Shown: positions 54,190-64,000 of the stretch, in pieces
Position numbering within the stretch: the stretch's first letter is position 1
Layout: each line of letters opens with the position of its first letter
NCBI RefSeq assembly: GCF_036971445.1
Contig: NC_091473.1
Location: forward strand, 188,852,001 to 188,916,000
Direction: 5' to 3'
Source: Narcine bancroftii
Lineage: Eukaryota
Length of the DNA stretch: 64,000 bases
The notes under the pieces: generated by a model
Seen by the model: the letters and a program-made list of their open reading frames with translations, nothing else
What the model was told of the DNA's origin: nothing
Database searches by the model: none
Made by a program: the position numbers and the translations under genes

Positions 54190-55154
54190 CTATGGATTGT
54201 GTTGCATTTGGATTGGAAACGCCCTGAGCTGACTCCGTCGGCTTCGAGAGTCCGGTTTGCGAATTAACTGAATAACCGAGGTGATCGGAAATTTCACCGC
54301 GTTGACCAGATTCTCCCTGAACTTGGACTGAGTCAAGGCGTAAATAAAGGTGTTGGTGCAGCAACTTAAAGTCAACAGCAGCTGCCCCACCTGGAGAAAT
54401 ATGACTTCGGAGTCGTTGTGGTGATTGGGGTCCGCCCCGGCGGCTGTGTAGTAAAGGAAATGGACAACGTGCACCGACCACAACAGGATGAAGCTGCCGG
54501 AGATGGCGAAGAGTAAGATCATAGACCTCCGCCTGCTTTCCATCTCCGGGTCACTGCGGCTTCCTCCGCCTCTCTGACCCCTTAGCCCCCGACGGATGCG
54601 ACTGGAGAAGACAACGTGCCGCACCGTCAGAGCGTTGAACAACAAAATCAAAGCAAAAGGGATCAGCGGCATTATTAAGGTGTTCACCCAGTCAAAGGCC
54701 ACCCAGCCAGGATCCGTGAAATAACTTGCCTTCTGCAAACAGAACCACGGGACGTTGTCAACCACTCTCAGGGGTTCATATGTGAAGTAGTAGGGAATCC
54801 TCTGTAAAGAGAGAAGAACGCTCGTCGTGGTCATCACGGCGGACGCGGTTTTCCCAGTGCAGAATTTCGTCTTCAGCTTCTGGAAGCAGATGGCGACAAA
54901 TCGATCGAAGGTGAAGGTGACGGTGAACCAGACGGAACAGCCGGTGACAACACGACCCAGGACTGAGATGAGGCTGCACACGGGGGTGATGTGAAGGAAA
55001 ACGCCGGGGAAGTAATAATAACTGAACCGCCACAGGACGACATTGATGAGGATGATCAGTTGGTCCGCCGCTGCCATGGCCACCAGGTAGCGGGTGGTGC
55101 AGATGGAGAGTCCGCACCTTCCGCGGGACAGGACTGCAAGCGCCACTACATTCG
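54190..55154 (-). CDS. GPR139-like: GPR139-like GPCR, exon 2 (copy 5)
   Basis: Translation identical to copy 1. Confidence 0.9.
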
Positions 55155-57072
55155 CTGTGAAGGAAATGGAAAGGACGATGAGATTTCGGGCCAATTGCTC
55201 CTTCATTACACCTGCACAATGAAGATTTTGCTTCCTGAACACGTGTAGGTGTATTTCATGGAGTGTTGTGTTGGTGCTCATGAGAATCACCTTAAAATGT
55301 TCCTAATTCTTTCATTTCTCTCCATCCAGACGGAAGTAACCTTCGCTCACCCCTGCCCAGATTCTCCCTCTTTCCTGCTCCCTGTCTCCAACTACTCAAC
55401 TCACATTCCCCTGCAACTACCCTGCCCCTCACCATTATTCCTGTATAACTAGATGGAACCTATTTCTGTGATTTTCATATTTTGTCTACTTCAAATATAA
55501 CAAGGCCATTGACAATGGACAATACAACATACCGTTGGCAAATAATTTACTGCAGTCGCACTTGGTCTTCTTTTCTGCTGATCTGCGTTCAGTGACGAAC
55601 ATAGTGCTTTTCCAACTTCCGACCTGATACATCAAATTTGAACTTACCATTGTTCAGTGGTTCCCAACCATTTCTTTCCACTCAGACACAACTTTAATTG
55701 TTCCCTCCGCCATCGGCGCTCTTTGATTAATAAGGGATTGCTTAAGGTGGTGTGTGTTTATTTATCTATCCATCCTTTTTTCTGTCTATCCATTTATCCA
55801 TTTATCTATCAATCGATCCATTTATCTCTCTATCCATTCACTTATTTATCTGTCTATCAGTCCAACCATTTANNNNNNNNNNNNNNNNNNNNNNNNNNNN
55901 NNNNNNNNNNNNNNNNNNNNNNNNNNNNNNNNNNNNNNNNNNNNNNNNNNNNNNNNNNNNNNNNNNNNNNNNNNNNNNNNNNNNNNNNNNNNNNNNNNNN
56001 NNNNNNNNNNNNNNNNNNNNNNNNNNNNNNNNNNNNNNNNNNNNNNNNNNNNNNNNNNNNNNNNNNNNNNNNNNNNNNNNNNNNATATTGAAACGTAACA
56101 AATCCGACAGCCCGACATCACATCAACGGACTGAAGGAGCAGCGCTCATTGATATTATACACAATGTGTTCGAGGAAGCTGTGAGCAAAGTAATTTGTTT
56201 AAATAAAAACGACTGAACTCTCCAACACAAAGAACAACAGCGCTTTGAAAATCCTGTATCAACATCAGCAGCTCCCCCTGTTGACAGATACCACGCCACT
56301 TGGTTTGACCATTGGCAAAAGATACTGCATCAGGACAGTAAACGATACGCTGCAGAGCGGACACCCGCGTCCTTCCCACCGTAACAGACGAAAGGGTTGA
56401 CACTTTGTTCTCTGCTCAGAATATTGGGCTTAATGGACGACAACTCCGAGAATCCATTATTTGTCCGTCTGCCAATATTTCCCGCACACCCTAGCATGTC
56501 ACCAGGTCCCTCTCTCCGCTTTCCGCTTGAAGGGATCTGTTGGAAGCTTCCCACAATGGAGTGTAACGTGGTTCAAATAACAATATCAAAAAATGTGAAT
56601 AACCCGTCAGTCCTGTCTAATCAATGTTCAGAATCCGCACAGTGATATATTGATCAGTGCGCACCGTGAACCTGCGATGTCAAAACCTTCTGCCAGGCTC
56701 CTTTTAATTGTCGCTTTGAACGGAAACAGCAGAGAGAGGGCACGGTTGGCGCAACGCTTTCACAGCGCCAGAGATGGGGACCTGGGTTCCAATCCCGCTG
56801 TCTATTAGGAGTTTGGACGCTCTGTCCGTGTCACTTTTCCCCGGGGGGTTCCTGTGTCTTCCCACAGGTGGTGTCGGTCAATTGGGTAGCATGGGCTGGT
56901 GGGCCGAAATGGCCCGTTCCCGTGCCTAAATTGAACAAGCGCAAAGGGAGTGAAGGAAAGGTTCCTCCGGGTTCTCGTGTGCCAAGAACCATCATCCCGG
57001 AGACGGCATTATTTAAAAAATCAACTAAAAACTCACGCACAACTGTAAAGTTGAGGCAGTCACTGTTCTTAC

Positions 57073-57139
57073 CAGGAACTCCAAGAAGAGCAATGAAGAT
57101 ATAAACAATTCTTATGAAACGGTAAAACGCGCTGAGCAT
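57073..57139 (-). CDS. GPR139-like: GPR139-like GPCR, exon 1 (copy 5)
   Basis: Identical to copy 1 exon 1. Confidence 0.88.
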
Positions 57140-60100
57140 GTTCTGTGAGCATCAACCTGTCTTCCAGCTTCAGCCAATCTCTCTGAAGTCAAGGCATCGC
57201 ACGCCCAATAATTTATACCTGCGGATTCTTTGCGGCTCCAAGGTCATTGAAACGTTATGGCTCAATATAGATGGAAAAATGAAAACACATTACGTTATTT
57301 GAGTCAGGTTCCAAGGATCTGCACTGGGTCTGTTGTTGTTTGTTATATACATCAATGATCTTGAGATGATGGGGTAGAAAATTGGAATAGTAATTAGGCG
57401 GATGATACTTTGTGCATAATGAAGAAGGTTTTTAAATATTGCAGAGAGATTTGGGTCAGTGAGAAGAGTGGGCTGAAAGTTGGGAAATAGGGTTCAATGT
57501 GCAAGTGGAACAAGTCGGACTAATCACAATAGGACCCACATGGGCCAAATGGTGGGGCGTGAAAGAATGCAATTGAACAAAGAGATCTAGGAATAGTGGT
57601 GCACAGTTCCCTGAAGGTGGATAGGGTAGTGAAGAATGCTGTTCTTTAGAAATCTGAGCACAGAGGGAAAGGTTTGGGAGGGAATGTTAAAATTGTACAA
57701 GGCATTGGTGAGACTACAATTGGAATATTGTGTTCCGTTCTGCTCACCAAATTACAGGAAGGATATGAACAGAATTATCTGTGGGTTTCAGCACCCAGTT
57801 ACAGAGAATGTTTAAACCAGTTAGGGCTTTATTCCTTAGAGTGTAGAAGGCTGAGAGGTGGGGGGTGGGGGTATATTATCAAATTGAAAGTTAAGGTGGA
57901 TCGATAGAGTAGATGTGGATGGACGTTGTCCATTGAGTAGAGGAGAGATTCAAACCAGAGGACATGAGCTGAGAGTTTATGGGGGCAAAAGTTTAGGTGC
58001 AACACAAGTGGGAGTTTCTATACTCGGAGAGCGGAGACTGTGTGTAATGAGTTTCCAGTGGATACAGGTACAATACTATCTTTAAAGAAAAAATTGGTTA
58101 GGTGTATTGATGGCAAAGGTTTGGAGGGTTATGGGCAGAGAGCAGATCATTGGGACGAGCAGAATTTAAGAGTTACAGCACATACAAGATGGGCCATAAA
58201 TGGCCTGTTTCCTCGCTGTAATTGTCATATGGTTATCCGGTCATTACAGTTCTGGGCCAGAATAGACAAGTGCAATCCTAGAAACCAAGGAAGCGCGGCA
58301 TTGTTAAACCCTCTGGGGCCAACCTCTGCCTATTTGACGTTGTTCATTGCTCTGCTCTTTTAATTTTGTCAACGAAGTTTCGACATTTCACTTTTCTCAC
58401 CAGGATTTCCCTTTGACTAATGGTCTCAATTAGAGATCGGTTTTAATAGAAAGGATTAACATCTTGATAGGTGTGGTGATACACCACTAGCCTATTACAG
58501 GGGGCGACCTGTGTACCTGTAGCAAGAGCACAGGAAAACATGATAGCACCTGGCCGGCTGTCAATCAGACGACCTGAATAGTCCAAGCCCCACCGTCGGC
58601 TGCCAATCATCCTCTGGAAAATAAGCCACATCCATCCCCTCGTGGGCAGCCACTGGGGGCTAAAGCTAACTGCAGCAGGGACTTTAAGTGGAATAAAGCC
58701 TGTTAAGCAGTCTTTAAGTATTGTTTCGGCTTTTCTGTCCGACAGCGTGCCACAATACGTCAGCTCATTTCCTACGTCAGCTCATTTCTTATACACCAAT
58801 CTTCTGAAGGAACTGGAACACTTAAACACCTGCAGATCCCAAAATAATGCAAATGGTAAAAGCAGATGAGAAGGATGAAGTCACCAGCAGAACGAGCCGG
58901 CTCAAATCAACACCGGGTTCACGCTGAAAAGAAGCAAATGCCTCACATAATCGATATGCCGGTTCGATGCAGCATACAGACACATATATTTACCAGCTGG
59001 AGAGATGGGCTGCCAAATGGCAGGTGGAAGTGCGGACAAGTGCAAGCAGTTGCACTTTGGGAGCACTGATCAAATTAGGACATAACACTGCCAAAAGTTG
59101 TTCACTGAAGAGGGAACACATGGATCTGGGAACACAAATTCCTGGATCGGGGGTTAAGGGGTGCTTTGGTATCTTTGCCTTCAAATAGCAAAGTATGCAG
59201 TCTAGGAATTGGGAGGTTATGGTAAAGTTGTAGAAGATACTTGTGAGGGCAATGTTAGAGTGTGGCTCCTTCAATTTGCAGGTGGACGCAGCCTGGGAGT
59301 GCTTGAGGGCATTTGCAACACTCTTATTTGGATATTTTACTTTTTAAACAAACCTTGTAATTTGTTGAACATTCATGAAACCTACAGAGTCTGTATTTAT
59401 CCCTCATCTTCGTACAAGTGGAAGTACCATCAATTAAATCACCTCGACAGCGAGATAAATCACGCCCCATATATTCCCCCTGCTTTCCCATCTCCCAATT
59501 TATTTTTACCCTCTCCTCCCACCTACCTCCCCGAGCAGCAATAACCAAGCTCTTGGCGCCAACCAACCCCCACCCCCATCATTTTCAGAAGGGCCTAATG
59601 AACGCATCTCCTACTTATATCTCCCTCCCTTCACTTGAAATCCTTGTATTCATTCTTACTCTCTAATATGCATTCTTCATTAAACATTTACATGATGAAA
59701 AAACCACATATATCCCACTTCATATTCCTCACAATTACAATAGTTACAGTACTTTTTAAAAACATTTTATTTAAAATTTAAAATCACTTAACATAACATT
59801 AGGTACTACATATTAATACAGACATTATGTGATTAATTTTTTTATATATAAACCCCTCTCCCAACCACCTCACTAATACCCTCCCTCCTCCCTTCCCCAC
59901 CTACAAAGAGTAAGATCATCTTCTACTACAATTACATTTAAACATTTCGGCTGCAGGAATGGTGGCACCGATCAGAGCGGACTGAGAGTTTAGATTCTAA
60001 CACCAATAGTTTTCAAATAAGGGTTCCAAATTTTTGTAAAGAAAAAAATATTGATCTCTTAAATTATATGTAATCGATTCTGAAGAAATACAGGCTTTCA

Positions 60101-63100
60101 GTTCGTAATGACATCCTATCAACCTAAAACCGAGTCAGAGTTCCTTGTAATAGCTAAACGCTTCTTAGAAACCACCAGAGGCAAAACGTAAAATTTCCCA
60201 AACCGTATGTTCATAAATCAAGAATGAAATGGGAATCAGATTTCGATATAAGCATTGATGAAAGGGTTTGCAGAAATTTTTGCAAAGATAATATGACTAA
60301 GGTAATAAATGTACGTTATAGATTAGTGCAGTACAATTTTTACATCAATTGCATTTGATTATGTATAACGCGAAATTTTCAGCTTAGTTCTTCAGATTTG
60401 TTTTTTTAAACTTTATTTGATATTTTTCAATAAGAATAAACAGACGTTTACAGAATAATTAATCTAATAATTATAAAACAATAAAACTAACCCACCCTCA
60501 CCCTCCTCCCACAACAGATCCCTCAAGGGAAGCATTAAAGATAAACAAAAACATTCAGTAATTTACAATATTACTAAATTCATATTCTTTATATAAGGTG
60601 TCCACAGCTTAACAAAAATTCATAATTATCATGTAAATTGTATGTTATTTTCTCCATATAAATACACGATTTCAACACATGCCATTGAGTTAAATTTAAC
60701 TGCGCTTCATCTTTCCAAGACATGCCAATACATTCACGAGCAACTGTCAATGTTAGACCAATAAACACTGTCTGAAACTTATCCAACCCCAATTCCACTA
60801 ACGGAATAAAAGAGCTGAACAAAAAAAATTTGGATCTAAAGGAAAATGAATATTAAACAAATTTAGAAGAAAAATCTTAATTTTAAACCAGAAAAGAATG
60901 AACTTTATCACAAAACCAAACAGAAGGTAGAAATGTTCCAATACATAATCCACACCTAAAACACAGATATGAATTACTGTCCATATTTTTAATCAATATT
61001 ACAGGGGTTAAATATAACTGATATGAAAAATTAGAATTAACCATACTATGTCTTACATTAATTTATTTAGTCAACCCATTATAACACATATTTTCAAATT
61101 AGTTCTTCAGATTATGTTTTAGATGTGACCCAGAAGTGGGTACTTTTTTTCATTCGGCGTGGACCTGTCGTAAGATTAAAAGTTTTTGGCTGCAAATTAA
61201 ATCGTGTTTGGAACACATATTAAAAAGTAAATTTACTTTTGGATCCAGTGTTGTTTTAATTAGTTGAGGCCAAGTTTGGAATATTGCGTGTGATTCTGAC
61301 CTCAAAATTATAGGAAGAATATCCGTAAGATTGAGACGGTTCAAAGAGGGTTTACGAAAATGTTTCCTGGATTGCAGTATCTAGAATATGGGGAAAGATT
61401 GAGTAGACTAGGACTTTATTCATTGGAGCATAGAAGGTTGAGGTGGATTTGATAGAGGTATAGAAAATGATAAAGGGGATAGATAGAGTAGATGTGAATA
61501 TGCTCTTTCCCCTGAGGATAGGGGAGATTGGAACCAGGGGACATGTAAAGGATTAGGGGCCAAAACCTTAGGTGTTATATCAGAAGAAGCTTCTTCACTC
61601 AGAGAGTGGTGGCTGAGTGGAATGACCTTATGGAACAGGTAGTTGCAGCAGGGTCAATTCTGTCATTTAAAAGGTTAGATGAGTACATGGATGTGAGGAG
61701 GTTGGAGGGTTATGGGCCGGGAGAGGGTAGGTGGAACTAGAGGAGTTTCACGTAAATCGCAGCGGATTAGAAGGGCCGATATGGCCTGTTTCCGAACTGT
61801 AAATTGTTATAGAGTTATATTAAATTGATAGCTTTAAGATTGAGATTGACCATGTACCAAATTGAATAGTTACATACCCCCGTTTTTCACCTTATTTACA
61901 TTTAATCCCGAAGCGGTGGCAAGGCTCTTAAAAAATCCACGGTCTCCCTTGGATCCTTTAAAAAAATTATTTCCCTCGCGCCCTTGCCATCTTCAGAGTA
62001 GTTGGGTGAAGGAGGGTAAACTCGATTCCATTTTGTTTAAAACTCTTGTTAGCCGGGTCAGATTTCGTCCCGCGTTTCCATAGCGCCGTGTAGAGACATT
62101 TACAACACCCTTGGCCCATTAGACTACATGTGCACCCACGGCCAGCAAGCAGAGTCCAATACTATCCGATTCTAAAGTGCCACTGCTCGCATGGCAACCA
62201 TTTCCAGCAGACAGCTGTTTCATAAGTTTGGAACCCGTTAGCTGTGTCATGGGCCAGCGGTTGCGAAACTAAGCGAGGAGGATGAGTTCTTTCGGTGCCT
62301 CTTCGGTTCCGCAGAAGAGAATCATAATGACTTGCACACGTGTAGGAATTCCACGTTGGGTTGTGCACCTCCCAGGACGAGCCAAGTGGTCCTGCAATTG
62401 CTGCATGTGGTGGGTGGAGGGGACAACATATCCAAGGTAGCATGACCCTGCTAACAACCAGAGGGAAGCCTTATTATCCCAATTGGAATAAGCTCCCGTT
62501 TATAGGCTGTCACTTTAAACGAAGGAACACTTGGGTTCAGCGGGAATCAAGGTATCGTCGCCTAACACAGGTTCAGAGATTTCACACCAAATCGAATTGA
62601 TCAACGGCGATGGTGGCGATGGTGGCGATGGTTGAACAACGCGGCAACTGAAAAACCTCCTTCCTGATGACGTCATGTTAATCAGTTTGCGGAGATCAGG
62701 ACGACACCAGAAACATTGGCATATTTCTACAGTTCTGTTGGGGGGCGGGTGAGGAATGTTATGACCGGCTGTATCACGATGTGGTCTGACTACACCAATA
62801 CCCCTGAGCGCAAAACCCTCCAAAAGGTAGTGGGCACAACCCAGGACATCACAGGCAAAACCCTCCCCACAGTCGCGAACATTTTCAGGGAACACTGCCT
62901 TCGGAGAGCAGCAGCAAGGATCCACACCACCCAGCACATGCTCTGTTCTCCCTCTGCCATCAGGAAAGAGATGTAGGTGCCATAACACTCAAATCACCAG
63001 GTTCTGGAACAGCTGCTACGCCTCCACCATCAGACTCCTCACCGAAAAACTCAATGAGGGACTCATTTACGGACTCTTACATTTGCATTTTATTGATTTG

Positions 63101-63288
63101 TTGCCTCTCCCTATTGCAGTCAGTTTGTTTACATATCTTAACTTGTTTACGTTGAGTATGTATTGATTACAGTGGAAAGTCTGCCTGGATCGCAGGAGAA
63201 CCAACCTCAGGGTTGAGTTTAGGAATACACATGACGTATGGCCCAGGAAATGGACATTTTAAAGAATTTTAGCAGATGTAATAATATA

Positions 63289-64000
63289 AAAATAGTGAGC
63301 ACTTCACATCCAATGATCATGGTACCATTATAATTATGGAGAGGGACGACGATGAAGGCCTTTGACTTGGGGAAAGCAAAATTTGATAAAATGGGAAGAG
63401 ATTTTCAGTGAGTGATTTGGACATATTTGATTTATATGAAGGAGGTAGAGGAGAATTGCAGGTAATTTACAGGTGATATATTGAGGGTGCAGAATCTTTA
63501 TGTTCCTGTTGGGATAAAAGGCAGAGACAAATGTTAGAGAGAGCCGTGGTTTTCAAGGGAGATTATGAAGTTGGTTCGAGATTAAAGGGAGGCCTACATT
63601 AAATACAGGAAGCAAGGTGTGGAGGAGATGCTTGGAAAATACATTGATTGAAAAAAGAAGCCTATGAAAGAAATTAGGACAGAAAATGTAAGGTACGAGG
63701 TGGCTATATTGAAGAGCGTGAAAGTAAATCCGAAGGGCCTTTATAAATATGTGAATAATAAAAGGAGAGTGAAGGATAGAAATGGTCCACTAGAGCATCA
63801 GAGCGGACATATGTGTGAGGAGGCAAATGAGACGGGGGTGATATTGAATGAGTTCTTCTCGTCGGTATTTACAAGAGAAAAAGATATGGAATTGTCTAGC
63901 ATAGGTGACGCAAAAAGGGTTTTTATGGAAAACAGTGGGATTAGGAAAGAGCGGGTGTTGGAACTTTTAAGGCATATGAAGGTTGACAAGTCTCCAGGTG
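63289..64000 (+). mobile_element. Long decayed CR1 copy, cut by the window end
   Basis: Same sequence as 10990-11701. Confidence 0.85.

Larger units (their letters stand above)
1..64000. repeat. ~12-kb tandem array (gene-containing macrosatellite / tandem segmental duplication), about 5.3 units visible, open at both window ends
   Basis: The same ORF set recurs at offsets +12002, +28283, +40289 and +52295. The anchor 'agatagtcagaatgg' occurs at 1, 12003, 28285, 40290 and 52296. The phase is broken only at the 200-N gap 23539-23738. Confidence 0.98.

Overview
Eukaryotic, vertebrate-type DNA. The abundant CR1 LINEs, an HE1/V-SINE-like SINE, Tc1, L1 and Rex1/Babar relics and a two-exon GPR139/GPR142-like gene point to a cartilaginous fish, probably a ray (inference). 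The whole window is a head-to-tail tandem array of a ~12.0-kb unit (period 12,002-12,006 bp). Units: 1-12002, 12003-23538 (cut by a 200-N gap), 23739-28284 (partial, indel-rich), 28285-40289, 40290-52295, 52296-64000. There are five intact minus-strand copies of a class A GPCR gene, one per unit except the partial one. Each has a 67-nt coding exon 1, a ~1.9-kb GT-AG phase-1 intron and a 965-nt exon 2, giving a 343-aa protein. The rest of each unit is old, decayed transposon fragments. By eye, the copies away from the gap differ at only a handful of sites, including one missense change (Q114H in copy 4). This suggests a very recent or homogenised gene-bearing macrosatellite, although assembly artefact cannot be excluded from sequence alone. 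Transposon family names come from motif recognition, not from a database search.
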